A DNA stretch of 64,000 nt from Treponemataceae bacterium (GCA_963678065.2 CAXXVZ010000003.1:2240001-2304000), one strand, 5' to 3'. Numbered from the stretch's first letter, positions 28,188 to 38,503 are shown. Notes: a model not told the origin generated them from the letters alone. Numbers and translations are program-made.

Positions 28188-29036
28188 TCAGTTTTGTTGA
28201 TGGATTTTTCGATAGAGTGAAGGCGGAAGTCCTGTACATTTATGAAAGACACGTGAAAAGTGGAATTCACTTTCGAAACCAAAAATCTCGGAGGTTTCTC
28301 TTATAGTTTTGTCATCCCGGATGAGATACTCAGCAGCCACCATTATTTTCAGTCTGGTAAAATACTGATGAGGGGATATTTTCATCTGCTTCCTGAAAAG
28401 GCGGATAAGATATTCTTCGCTTAAACCGATTTCTCCGGCCAATACGGCGATTGAAAGTTTTGATTTCACTTCCCGGCGCATTATGCTTAGCGCTCGATTT
28501 ACATGCACATGGATGTGCATATCAAGCTGGCTATGTTCAGATTCTTTTGGATTCCTGTGCTTCACTCCATAAAATCCATACAGAAACGACAACAATTGAT
28601 GAGTCGCGGCTTTTTGCGAAAAAGCATCGTTTTTAGGTGAGAGGTGTATTATTTCATCAAAAATGACATGGTATCCATTGTCGAGCGGGAGGGGAGCGCC
28701 GTCGCTGCGTGAATGCAAAGTCAGCAAGTCCAGAAGTTCATGATCGCTTTTTTTGAGGAAGAATTTGACAGTGTAATATGATGTTGTCATCAGATTTTTG
28801 GGTTCTGCTGGGAAAAGCTGATGGAATTCATAGGGGCCAGTCAGAAAAATCATTTGCTGCTGAATGGGATACCGGATGTTATTATTCAGAAAAAAGCCGT
28901 CTCCTTCGATGAAAAAATGAAGTTCGAATTCTCCTTCGTTGTGTGCGTGATAAATGGGATTTAATGCCCGCAGATCTCTGCTAGACAGTAAATGCCTGAA
29001 GAATGCTTCTAGAATAAGCATATAAAATCGTATCAA
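28188..29036 (-). CDS. AraC-family transcriptional regulator
   Basis: N-terminal cupin (H-A-H, ELHFF); C-terminal double HTH GFESEFHFSRVFHK; start 29036 or 29021. Confidence 0.88.
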   Translation of the reverse strand: MIRFYMLILEAFFRHLLSSRDLRALNPIYHAHNEGEFELHFFIEGDGFFLNNNIRYPIQQQMIFLTGPYEFHQLFPAEPKNLMTTSYYTVKFFLKKSDHELLDLLTLHSRSDGAPLPLDNGYHVIFDEIIHLSPKNDAFSQKAATHQLLSFLYGFYGVKHRNPKESEHSQLDMHIHVHVNRALSIMRREVKSKLSIAVLAGEIGLSEEYLIRLFRKQMKISPHQYFTRLKIMVAAEYLIRDDKTIRETSEIFGFESEFHFSRVFHKCTGLPPSLYRKIHQQN

Positions 29037-29167
29037 TTTTAGACATGGGATGTCAAGTTTTTCTATGGTGCGATCAAAACATCGGGTTTATAAATATCCA
29101 CAAGAATCGTCAATCTTGGTTGGTTATGGCTGGTGTGCCATAAAATAGGAATGAGGAGGGTGTGAGG

Positions 29168-30421
29168 ATGAAAAGAAAGGCGTGGCTGTTTTTTGTTTCC
29201 GTGCTGATGATGACGGGCATTCCCGCGTACATATGTGGCGGGCAGGTGAATGCAAAACCTGTTGAGGTATCTCTGTGGTACTGGGACAATGCCAACAATT
29301 GTGTAACTACCGTCATTGACATGTTCAACAAGTCTCAGTCTGAGATAGTGGTAAAGGGAGAACAGATCGGCTGGGACGTGATGTACCAGAAACTTGTAAC
29401 TGCCTGTATTGCCGGCACCGGCCCCGATGGTTTTCTTGCGGTTGTTCAGTGGATGGCTGAGCTGAATCAAATGAAAGCTGTCGCTGACTTGACTAAACTT
29501 TACAACGCGTGGCCCGATCACACAGATGTTCTGCCGGGAGTAAAGCGTTTCCTGCATGCTGATGAAAATAGCCCGATTATGGCCATGCCCTCAGCCAACA
29601 CACCGCTTTATTTGTATTGCCGAAAAGATTTATTTGATAAATACAATGTCAAGCTTCCGGAGACCATGGATGAGTTTTATGATGCTTGTAAAAAACTTAC
29701 GCGAGATACGGATGGCGATGGAAAGATTGATCTGTACGGATTTGGATTGCGGGGAGCGCGGGGAGGAAGCGACCCGTGGCAAAGTTTCATTATGGCCGAG
29801 ATCGGCGGATCGATGCTCGACAGCGAAGGAAAGGTCAGGTTCAATTCTCCTGCCGGTATAAAAGCAAATCAGAGATACCTTGATATTTTCTATAACGGCT
29901 GGGCTCCGCCGACCGCGCCAAGAGATGGTTTTGCAGAACTGATTCAGAACATGAAGGCGAATGTGACGGCGATGATGGTGCATCATTTTGGATCATATGC
30001 TGACATGCAGAAATTTTTCGGAGACAAAATCGTGGCGATTCCATTGCCCAAAGGTTCAAAGGGCAGATGGGTCCCGAATATTCCCAGCATCAATGTCATT
30101 AATGCCAAGAGCAAAAAAATCAACGAAGTTTTCAAGTTCTACGAGTACTGGGCATCCCCGGAAGCCGGAGGCAAGTATTGTGAGCTTTATGGCCAGGCTC
30201 CAACAACCAACAAGATAGCGCAAATGGATTTCTTTAAGAATAACCGTTTTGCGAAGGTCTCTGTCGCATCGGCCGATGATTCGTACGTTCTTCCCTGGAG
30301 CAAAAAATCGGGGCAATATATGGAGGTCGTGTGGCCGCAGATAATGCAACGCGCATTGTTGAAGCAAATCACGGGCTCGCAAATGATCGATGAATTGACC
30401 AGATTTTTCGAACAGCCGTAA
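29168..30421 (+). CDS. Sugar ABC transporter substrate-binding protein
   Basis: GAGGAGG RBS, signal peptide, LYCRKDLF, PETMDEF, DTDGDGKIDLYG. Confidence 0.88.
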   Translation: MKRKAWLFFVSVLMMTGIPAYICGGQVNAKPVEVSLWYWDNANNCVTTVIDMFNKSQSEIVVKGEQIGWDVMYQKLVTACIAGTGPDGFLAVVQWMAELNQMKAVADLTKLYNAWPDHTDVLPGVKRFLHADENSPIMAMPSANTPLYLYCRKDLFDKYNVKLPETMDEFYDACKKLTRDTDGDGKIDLYGFGLRGARGGSDPWQSFIMAEIGGSMLDSEGKVRFNSPAGIKANQRYLDIFYNGWAPPTAPRDGFAELIQNMKANVTAMMVHHFGSYADMQKFFGDKIVAIPLPKGSKGRWVPNIPSINVINAKSKKINEVFKFYEYWASPEAGGKYCELYGQAPTTNKIAQMDFFKNNRFAKVSVASADDSYVLPWSKKSGQYMEVVWPQIMQRALLKQITGSQMIDELTRFFEQP

Positions 30422-30521
30422 AAGAAGATAGCGCTGAAAGATTATGCATATCAGCATCAATGTCGCAAAGCATACAATGCGATATGCATAATCGCGGCGC
30501 GAATGGAGTGATATTCGAATC

Positions 30522-31427
30522 ATGAAGACAAGCCGCTTAACTAGATTACAGAAGAGAAAACGATACATCCCGTATCTTCTTATCATGCCGGCAGTATTAT
30601 TCGCGGCTTTAGTTGTCGTTTACCCGCTAGTCAATTGCCTTATCCTCAGTACAAAACAGTATTTTCTGGTTGATCCGGATAATGTCAAATTCATCGGCCT
30701 GAAAAATTTTGTCAATTTATTTTCAGACAAGCAATTCTTGGCGGCTTCGTCTGTGACTGCGATTTGGACGGTGGTGATTGTCTTGTTTCAGCTGCTTCTG
30801 GGTCTTGGGATATCGCTTGTTTTGAACCGACATTTTTTTGGGAGAGGATTCGTACGTGGAGTGGTGCTCATCCCTTGGGTGACCACGCCGGTCTTGGTGG
30901 CATTGATGTGGGTATTGATGTATGACGGGAATTATGGCGTTTTCAATGATTTGTTGATGAAATTCGGAATAATTCAAAATAAAGTCCCTTGGTTGAGCCA
31001 GATATCAACGGCTCTGATATGCGTAATGATCGTGATGATTTGGACTGGAGTTCCATTCTTCGTCCTGATGCTGCTTGCTTCCTTGCAAAGCATACCACTC
31101 GAATTGTATGAATCTGCTTCCGTGGACGGCGCCAGTTGTATTAAAAAATTCTTTTACATCACTTTACCGCTGATTATGCCAACCTTGCTCATCACTACAT
31201 TGCTGAGAATTATCTGGGTATCAAATAATGTCGATGTACTCAATGTCATGACCGGAGGCGGTCCGGGATATGCCACGCAGACTTTGTCTTTATATGCCTA
31301 TTTAACGGCTCAGAAGTCGTATAACTTCGGCTATGCATCCTCGATGGCAGTTGTGTGGTCGATGATCCTGGGTCTGTTTCTGGTTTTATACAACATTCTT
31401 TCGGAAAAACTGGAAAAGGTGGGTTGA
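30522..31427 (+). CDS. Carbohydrate ABC permease
   Basis: TM helices; ELYESASVDGA. Confidence 0.9.
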   Translation: MKTSRLTRLQKRKRYIPYLLIMPAVLFAALVVVYPLVNCLILSTKQYFLVDPDNVKFIGLKNFVNLFSDKQFLAASSVTAIWTVVIVLFQLLLGLGISLVLNRHFFGRGFVRGVVLIPWVTTPVLVALMWVLMYDGNYGVFNDLLMKFGIIQNKVPWLSQISTALICVMIVMIWTGVPFFVLMLLASLQSIPLELYESASVDGASCIKKFFYITLPLIMPTLLITTLLRIIWVSNNVDVLNVMTGGGPGYATQTLSLYAYLTAQKSYNFGYASSMAVVWSMILGLFLVLYNILSEKLEKVG

Positions 31428-31431
31428 TAAA

Positions 31432-32271
31432 GTGCTTAAGAATTTAAGACACTATTCGTTCGAATTTTTGATGTGGGCGATAATTCTCATTTTGCTTGTT
31501 GTCGTCTGTTTTCCCTTTATATGGACCTTCCTGACTTCCATTAAATTTTCGGACGATTTCTATACCTCAAAACTCATATATTTTCCCAAGCGAATAACGT
31601 TCAGCAGCTACTCTACTCTGATGAAAAACCACAATTTCCTCAAAAACATGGGAAACTCCTCGGTCGTTGCTATTTGTACCGCTACCATAAGCATAACTAT
31701 ATCAACTATGGCCGCCTACAGTTTTGCCAGGTTCACTTTCAGGGGAAGAAAAACAATTATGTCCGGGCTCATTCTGATTTATATGTTCCCGCAGGTCTTG
31801 TTGATGATTCCCATGTATCTGATCATGAGATCACTGGGCCTCCTTAATACCTTCTGGAGCCTCGTTTTGGCATACAGCACCTTTTCCATACCTTTCGCGA
31901 CTTGGTTGATGACGGGTTTCCTGAAACAGATTCCCGTCGAACTTGAAGAAGCTGCGAAGATAGACGGCTGCAACGGCATACAAAGTTTTTTTTCGGTGAC
32001 GTTCCCGGTTTTGCTGCCGGGTTTGGTGGCGACCGGCGCATATATAATCATAACTTCATGGAACGAATACCTTTATGCCGTCATGTTTACCAATAACGCG
32101 ACTGAGACAATAACAGTCGCGCTGACAACAAAATTCATAACGATGATAGATATAAAATGGGATGTTTTGAGTGCGGGCATTGTTGTTTCGGTGATTCCGA
32201 TCATTACGATCTTCATCATTTTTCAGAAGAACATCATTTCTGGATTAACTGAAGGAGCTGTGAAAGGGTGA
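31432..32271 (+). CDS. Carbohydrate ABC permease
   Basis: ELEEAAKIDG, WNEY, GLTEGAVKG. Confidence 0.9.
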   Translation: MLKNLRHYSFEFLMWAIILILLVVVCFPFIWTFLTSIKFSDDFYTSKLIYFPKRITFSSYSTLMKNHNFLKNMGNSSVVAICTATISITISTMAAYSFARFTFRGRKTIMSGLILIYMFPQVLLMIPMYLIMRSLGLLNTFWSLVLAYSTFSIPFATWLMTGFLKQIPVELEEAAKIDGCNGIQSFFSVTFPVLLPGLVATGAYIIITSWNEYLYAVMFTNNATETITVALTTKFITMIDIKWDVLSAGIVVSVIPIITIFIIFQKNIISGLTEGAVKG

Positions 32272-32328
32272 TTGTGTGTTTCTATGGCACAATAAAACAT
32301 TTATTTGACAGAAAGGAGAAACCGAGAA

Positions 32329-33537
32329 ATGCAGAAAATCGAAAAATTCAGGATTGATTGGGGAAAAGAAGAGATCGAGGATACAATGAGACGCGTCCGC
32401 AATGTCCGTTGGCCGCCTGAAATTCCGGGACAAGGGTGGGATTATGGTACAAATGTAGGTTACATGAAAGAGCTTGTCGATCATTGGCTCACTAAATACA
32501 ATTGGCAGGAACAACTCGATTATCTAAACCAGTACCCTCACTATAAAGCCAAAATCGACGATATCGGAATTCATTATCTTGTGGCGGAAGGCAAGGGAAA
32601 AAATCCAAAGCCGCTCATGATTTTGCACGGCTACCCATGGTCGGTGCTTACGCTGTACCGCATTATCCCGATGTTGACCGATCCCGCGAAATACGGGGGT
32701 GATCCGGATAATTCATTTACGGTAATTGCACCTTCGCTGTGCGGTTTCTGTCTGTCCGATAATATCCCCGTACGCGGATTCAATGTTCCCAAGCATGCTG
32801 AGTATTATCATCGGCTTATGACCGAAGTGCTTGGTTACAGAAAATACGCACTTCAGGGTGGAGATTGGGGAGGCATAACCGGTTGGTGCCTGGCAAAAAT
32901 GTATCCGGAAGACTTATTCGGCGCGCATTTTCACTATATGGGCATGCGCATGAGGGACGAGCGCCCTGCCGATGAGATGGATCCCGATATCATCCGCGGC
33001 ATTGGTTTACAAACAGCGCCGCTTCGCCCCAAAGAAGCCGATTCACTGCGCTATTGGAAAGCTGCAGAAAAATACTGGATGTATGAAGGTGCCTACGCGC
33101 ATGTCAATATGACGCGGCCGCAGAGTTTTTCTTTCTCCATGTGTGATTCGCCGGTCGGAATGCTTGCCTGGTTTACGGAAAAATTCAGGTCCTGGAGTGA
33201 TTGGGATAACACTTTTGAAGAGAATTTTTCAAAAGATCATTTAATCACCAATGCTTTGCTCTACTATATTCCCAGGAGTTTTGCTTCTGCGATCAAGATC
33301 TATTATGAGTCTCACGCCAAGCCATGGTTTGTGAAACCAGGCGACAAGGTAACGGTTCCTACGGCTTTTGTGGCATTCCCGAAGGATATTGTGCCAATCA
33401 TCAAATCACGAGTGGAAATGTATTACAACTTAGTGCGTTTTCATGATTCTCCGCGCGGTGGTCATTTTGGCATTCATGAGCAGGCTGAGTATATGGCCAA
33501 AGACATTCGCGAATTCTATTTTGAGGATATCAAATAA
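32329..33537 (+). CDS. Epoxide hydrolase (microsomal-type alpha/beta hydrolase with EHN domain)
   Basis: HGYP, QGGDWG, DSPVG, FPKD, GGHF. Confidence 0.87.
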   Translation: MQKIEKFRIDWGKEEIEDTMRRVRNVRWPPEIPGQGWDYGTNVGYMKELVDHWLTKYNWQEQLDYLNQYPHYKAKIDDIGIHYLVAEGKGKNPKPLMILHGYPWSVLTLYRIIPMLTDPAKYGGDPDNSFTVIAPSLCGFCLSDNIPVRGFNVPKHAEYYHRLMTEVLGYRKYALQGGDWGGITGWCLAKMYPEDLFGAHFHYMGMRMRDERPADEMDPDIIRGIGLQTAPLRPKEADSLRYWKAAEKYWMYEGAYAHVNMTRPQSFSFSMCDSPVGMLAWFTEKFRSWSDWDNTFEENFSKDHLITNALLYYIPRSFASAIKIYYESHAKPWFVKPGDKVTVPTAFVAFPKDIVPIIKSRVEMYYNLVRFHDSPRGGHFGIHEQAEYMAKDIREFYFEDIK

Positions 33538-33552
33538 AACGATGGAGGATCT

Positions 33553-34497
33553 GTGATGAGGCAAAGCGCTTTGTACGGTCTTATTGTGCCGATAATCACT
33601 CCTGTGGACGATGAGGAAAAAGTTGACGAAGTCTCTTTTCGGAAGATTGTTGGACGGCTAATCGGATGCGGAGTGCAGGGGTTGTTTATCGGGGGATCTG
33701 CGGGAGAAGGATCGCTGTTGTCCATGAAAGAATGGAGCAGGATGGTTGAAACGGCCTTTCAGGAAAACAAAAGCCGAGTTCATCTTCTCGGCGGAGTGAT
33801 GGACACGTCCACGGCGAGAGTCAAAGAAAAAATCAGAATTCTGAAAAACATTGGTTATAAAAATATTGTTTTAACACCGAGTTATTATTATACGCTTCGG
33901 TGTGATGATGAATTCATCAGGCTCTTCGGTGAAGCCAAGGAAGCATCAGGTGATATGGAGTTAATTGCTTATAATATTCCTAGCTGCACTGTGGCAAGAA
34001 TACCCGTAGAAGTTCTTTCCGAAATGACGCAGAGAGGTTGGATTCATTATTGCAAGGAAAGTTCCGGTGATCTGGTGTACTTGAAGGAAGTTATACAAAA
34101 ATGTGGAGAGCTTGGTTTGAAGGTTTTTATGGGCGATGAGGCGACAATGGATCAAGGCCTCCTTGCCGGTGCCTGCGGTGTTGTTCCCGTTTGTGCAAAT
34201 TATGACCCGGAGACGTTTATTAAAATCTATCAAGCTTCCGTTGGCGGGAACATCACTGAAGTACGGCGTTTGCAGGGGCGTATTAATGATCTGCGGGCAA
34301 ATCTCGTAAATGCAGGAGTGTGCTGGTTGGCAGGTTTGAAATACGCGGTAGCTTGCCTCGGAATGGGAGAGGGAGAGCCGGTTTCACCCCTCCAGCCACT
34401 TAGTGCAGAACAAAAGAAAAAGGTAAAAGCTTTTGTCGCTTCCGAAAATGGAAAAGGAGTTGTCTGCTTTGGAGACGACAAGAATACTTCCTCGTGA
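33553..34497 (+). CDS. DapA/NanA-family class I aldolase or dehydratase
   Basis: PIITP, GSAGEG, YNIP, KESSGD. Confidence 0.87.
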   Translation: MMRQSALYGLIVPIITPVDDEEKVDEVSFRKIVGRLIGCGVQGLFIGGSAGEGSLLSMKEWSRMVETAFQENKSRVHLLGGVMDTSTARVKEKIRILKNIGYKNIVLTPSYYYTLRCDDEFIRLFGEAKEASGDMELIAYNIPSCTVARIPVEVLSEMTQRGWIHYCKESSGDLVYLKEVIQKCGELGLKVFMGDEATMDQGLLAGACGVVPVCANYDPETFIKIYQASVGGNITEVRRLQGRINDLRANLVNAGVCWLAGLKYAVACLGMGEGEPVSPLQPLSAEQKKKVKAFVASENGKGVVCFGDDKNTSS

Positions 34498-34530
34498 TTT
34501 ACCTCGTTTTGCGTCGAAGTCATTACGAAT

Positions 34531-35019
34531 ATGATGGCGCCCGGGGCGCGGGGATCCGTTATCGGAAATAATCCCTTCGCTTTCGCCGCGCCGGCAGGGG
34601 AAGAACGACCGGTATTTCTAGATATGGCCTTGAGCACGGTCGCCGCCGGCAAGATATACGCCGCTCAAAGCCACGGCAGCGTGATTCCCGACAATTGGTT
34701 AGTTGATGAGGAAGGTCTGCCGACTCAGGATATCAGCCGCTATCCTTTGGCTGGTTCGCTGTTGCCCATGGCTGGCCACAAAGGTTATGGACTTGCTGTC
34801 ATGGTGGAAGTACTGGCCGCAGTGCTTACGGGAGCTGCCATTACTAAGGAAGTGAAAAGCTGGATGTTGGATATGGAAAGTCACACCGATGAAGGGTATG
34901 CATTTGTCACCACTGATGTAGGAGCGACATACGGAATTCCTCTGCCACCGGAAGTAATCGCCAATCTGAATAGGTTGTCCGCCGAATTTGATATCGGCCA
35001 AATATGCCGATCCGAATAG
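34531..35019 (+). pseudogene. Truncated Ldh_2 (type-2 malate/L-lactate dehydrogenase family) gene
   Basis: GNNP, LDMA.S.VA.GK, GHKGYGLA present; only 162 aa with the N-terminal part missing and an apparent internal deletion near the C-terminus. Confidence 0.75.
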
Positions 35020-35045
35020 ACCCTAAAAAAGGGAGTCAATAAAGC

Positions 35046-36020
35046 ATGACATCAAAAGAAAGAGTTCTGGCCAGCCTTAATCTAAAAAAGCCTGACAGAG
35101 TGCCATTCATTGACAACATCGATGCCGAAATGGAACAGAAAATTACAGGGAAAAAAGAATATAGCAGACTGGAAGTGGCAGAGGCTTTTGGGCTTGATGC
35201 CATGGGGTATGACGGCTTTTTCCCACCTATTTTCGCCGAACAGGCAATCTCCGATGGAATAACATATTATACGCGAGGACTCATTAATTCGCGCGAGAAT
35301 TTGGATATCGTAAAAATGCCTGATCTTTCCGATACGAATTACTTTGACGAGGCCAAAAAATTCGTCGATCAAAACGGCGGAAAGAACTACGCTCTGTATG
35401 CGCGCACGAGGCTAGGGGCATCGGCTGTATTGCTCAGCATGGGACTGGAAAATTTCGCCTTCGATATTTCTGATGATACTGGCATTACTCAAGCGCTCTT
35501 GGAGATTTACTGCGGATGGACTGAGCGACTCATGGAGAAAATAAAGGATTGCGGGTTTGATTTTGTCTGGTGTTTTGATGACATTGCGTACAACAACGGC
35601 CCGATGATGTCTCCAGATGTTTTTCGCTCGCTTTTTATTCCCAACATGAAAAAAGCTGCGGATGCCTGCACATTGCCGTGGATATATCACAGCGACGGCA
35701 ACCTTATGCCTGTGCTTGATGATCTCCTTGTTTTGGGTATGAACGGACTTCATCCATTGGAGCCAGGGCCCATGGATATAAACGCAGTTAAAAAGAAATA
35801 CGGGAAATGTTTGTGTTTAATTGGAAATATCGATCTAGCATATACCCTGACGCGCGGTACAGTGGAAGAAGTCGACGCGGAAGTAAAGAAACGTATTTTG
35901 GAAATAGGAATAGACGGCGGCTATATGATCGCCAGTGCCAATACCATAACGAAGTATTGCAAACCGGAAAATGTTCGGTCGATGATCAATGCAATAAAAA
36001 AATATGCACCATTAGCGTAA
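35046..36020 (+). CDS. Uroporphyrinogen decarboxylase-family protein
   Basis: MTSKERV...PDRVP, DDIAY, HSDG, GNID, GGYM. Confidence 0.85.
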   Translation: MTSKERVLASLNLKKPDRVPFIDNIDAEMEQKITGKKEYSRLEVAEAFGLDAMGYDGFFPPIFAEQAISDGITYYTRGLINSRENLDIVKMPDLSDTNYFDEAKKFVDQNGGKNYALYARTRLGASAVLLSMGLENFAFDISDDTGITQALLEIYCGWTERLMEKIKDCGFDFVWCFDDIAYNNGPMMSPDVFRSLFIPNMKKAADACTLPWIYHSDGNLMPVLDDLLVLGMNGLHPLEPGPMDINAVKKKYGKCLCLIGNIDLAYTLTRGTVEEVDAEVKKRILEIGIDGGYMIASANTITKYCKPENVRSMINAIKKYAPLA

Positions 36021-36046
36021 AAGCATATAGAGGTTGAGAGTGACTT

Positions 36047-36721
36047 ATGAAGAGAAACGAAATCAATCAGCTGATTCGGAGTGCGGAGATTTTTTTTCGT
36101 GAGAATAAATTTATGCTACCGCCATGGGCGGGAAGAAGTCCCGGTGAATGGAAAGGTAAATATGCTGAGGAATCCGAGATCATTGACAACATGCTTGGCT
36201 GGGATCTTACCGATTTCGGTTCGGGCGATTTTTTCAAAAGAGGGCTTTTGCTTTTTACTATTCGCAATGGAGATATAATAAACAATAAAAAAACATATGC
36301 AGAAAAAATAATGATCGTTGAAGAAGAACAGGAGACGCCTTTGCACTTTCACTGGCAGAAAATGGAAGACATTGTCGTGCGTAACGGCGGCAATCTTATT
36401 CTCCAGCTTTACAATTCAACGCTTGATGAGAAACTGGCGTACACAGATGTTGAGTTACGTGTTGACGGCATTCTGAGAAGATTCCCGGCTGGCGGAAAAC
36501 TCGTACTCGGTCCCGGCGAAAGTGTATGCTTACCACAGCGAGTTTATCACCGTTTTTACGGTGAAAAAGGTAAAGGTAAAATTTTGGTTGGTGAAGTGAG
36601 CATGGTAAATGATGACACCACAGATAACCGTTTTTTCGAGGAAGCAGGACGTTTCCCCATAATCCACGAAGATGAAAAACCTTATCGTCTTCTGGCTTCC
36701 GATTACTCGAATTTCATTTGA
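36047..36721 (+). CDS. D-lyxose/D-mannose family sugar isomerase (cupin)
   Basis: MKRNEIN, GWDLTDFG, YAEK, PLHFHW.KMEDI, EVSMVNDD..DN.F. Confidence 0.9.
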   Translation: MKRNEINQLIRSAEIFFRENKFMLPPWAGRSPGEWKGKYAEESEIIDNMLGWDLTDFGSGDFFKRGLLLFTIRNGDIINNKKTYAEKIMIVEEEQETPLHFHWQKMEDIVVRNGGNLILQLYNSTLDEKLAYTDVELRVDGILRRFPAGGKLVLGPGESVCLPQRVYHRFYGEKGKGKILVGEVSMVNDDTTDNRFFEEAGRFPIIHEDEKPYRLLASDYSNFI

Positions 36722-36782
36722 TGGAATCGAGCAGGAAACTTTATTTCGCTAACGGCAGGAAAGGAACAATTAAGGAACAATT

Positions 36783-37136
36783 GTGGAAAAGCAAGGGTTG
36801 TCGCGAACATGCTACATTGTGTCGGAAAAAGATAATGTGGCTACGGTTATTGGGGAAATCAGCCCAGGCAGGATTGCCTTAACCGGCAAGGTAGTCGGTA
36901 ACAGAACTTTGGAAGTGAAACAGAAAATACAATACGGACACAAGGTTGCCATTCATGCCATAAAGAAAAATGAGGCTATTGTGAAATATGGCGTGACTAT
37001 TGGGGTCGCAACCGCTGACATAGCAAGTGGCGAACATGTGCACCTGCACAATATCAAAAGTCTTTATGATGAACGGGCCGCTACAAGGGATCCGGTGACT
37101 GCAGTCGCCACGGATATGGAATATGACCTCTATTGA
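36783..37136 (+). CDS. UxaA-family dehydratase small (SAF) subunit
   Basis: DNVA, GHKVA, KYG..IG, GEHVHLHN. Confidence 0.88.
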   Translation: MEKQGLSRTCYIVSEKDNVATVIGEISPGRIALTGKVVGNRTLEVKQKIQYGHKVAIHAIKKNEAIVKYGVTIGVATADIASGEHVHLHNIKSLYDERAATRDPVTAVATDMEYDLY

Positions 37137-37168
37137 TGAAATAGCTTGAAACTAATGACTGCATCAAT

Positions 37169-37256
37169 ACGGTAACATTACCGTTTTGCATATTCAATAG
37201 TTATTGGTTTTGCTAGTTTTCCTTTTATTAACGATGGCAATAGCATATTTGCCATC
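37169..37256. promoter_or_regulatory. Two palindromic operator-like sites between the UxaA subunit genes
   Basis: ACGGTAA-CA-TTACCGT (37169-37184) and GATGGCAA-8-TTGCCATC (37233-37256). Confidence 0.5.
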
Positions 37257-37270
37257 ACAAGGACATTGCG

Positions 37271-38503
37271 ATGAAATCTGATGATTTTCTCTGCACGGGA
37301 TATGAGAGAGCCGACGGAACGAAAGGGATACGGAATAAAATATTAATTATTTATACCGTCGAATGTAGCATGCATGTGTGTCAAAGAGTAGCGGAATATT
37401 TTCAGACAAAAAACGAGGATGTCGAAGTGGTCGGATCGATTGCCTGTCTCGACAATCAGGTGATCATCAGAAGACTGTTACGTTACAGCATTCATCCGAA
37501 TGTGGGGGCAACACTTGTTATCGGTATGGGGTGCGAACATACTCAGCCGCACCTAATTTCGGAATTCGCTCGAAAAAACGGACGCCTATCCGAATGGTTT
37601 AACATTCAGGAAGTCGGAGGTACTGCAAAAGGGATTGAGCTTGGTATAAGAATTATCAGCGACCAGTTTACTAAAATAAAAAAAACCAAAAGTGTACCGA
37701 TGGTAGTGGGCGATTTGATTGTCGGCGGTGAGTGTGGTGGTTCTGATTTTACGTCGGGTCTGGCGGGGAATGCATTGGTTGGCAGTTTTTTTGACCGTTT
37801 GGTGGATTGCCATGCGACAGCCATATTTGAGGAGCTTTGCGAGGCAATAGGCCTTTGTGATTATTTAGTTTCCAGGGGAGTCAATGAAGATGTCGGGCGT
37901 CAAATTGCTTTGACCTACAAAAAAACTGTGGATTACTGCAAAGCATACGGGGTTTTTTCAATTTCACCAGGGAATATGACCGGAGGCCTCAGCACTATAG
38001 AAGAAAAAAGCATGGGTTCTACGGCAAAAAGCGGAACAAGGCCAATTCAGGGTGTTCTTAAAATAGCAGAAACACCGAAAAAAAAGGGCCTGTGGCTTCT
38101 TGATATGATCCCGGATGAAAGACTTGAGCCCTGTTGTTTCTTGCAGGCGGGTGATGCCACCGATATGCTCGAACTGATCGCATCCAATTGTCACATTGTT
38201 TTGCTGGTAACGGGTCGCGGACATGTTGTTGGCGCGCCGATCAGCCCCGTAATTAAGATAACGGGAAATCCCCGTACCTACGCTGCCATGAGCGATGATA
38301 TCGACATAAATGCGAGTGCAGTGCTGTGTAGTGAAAAAACAATGGATGCTCTGACTGACGAGCTTTTTGCGTATGTCAAAGCTGTGTGCAACGGAACACG
38401 AAGTCACGCGGAACGTCTCGGACATCGTGAAGGTAGCATGTTTTTTAATTACCAAGCGCCAAATCAGGTTTTATCTGGCTGCTGTTTCACGAAGAATGGA
38501 TAG
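37271..38503 (+). CDS. UxaA-family (altronate/galactarate-type) dehydratase large subunit
   Basis: GIRN, HPNVG, ECGGSD, SPGN..GGLSTIEEKSMG, TGRG. Confidence 0.9.
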   Translation: MKSDDFLCTGYERADGTKGIRNKILIIYTVECSMHVCQRVAEYFQTKNEDVEVVGSIACLDNQVIIRRLLRYSIHPNVGATLVIGMGCEHTQPHLISEFARKNGRLSEWFNIQEVGGTAKGIELGIRIISDQFTKIKKTKSVPMVVGDLIVGGECGGSDFTSGLAGNALVGSFFDRLVDCHATAIFEELCEAIGLCDYLVSRGVNEDVGRQIALTYKKTVDYCKAYGVFSISPGNMTGGLSTIEEKSMGSTAKSGTRPIQGVLKIAETPKKKGLWLLDMIPDERLEPCCFLQAGDATDMLELIASNCHIVLLVTGRGHVVGAPISPVIKITGNPRTYAAMSDDIDINASAVLCSEKTMDALTDELFAYVKAVCNGTRSHAERLGHREGSMFFNYQAPNQVLSGCCFTKNG

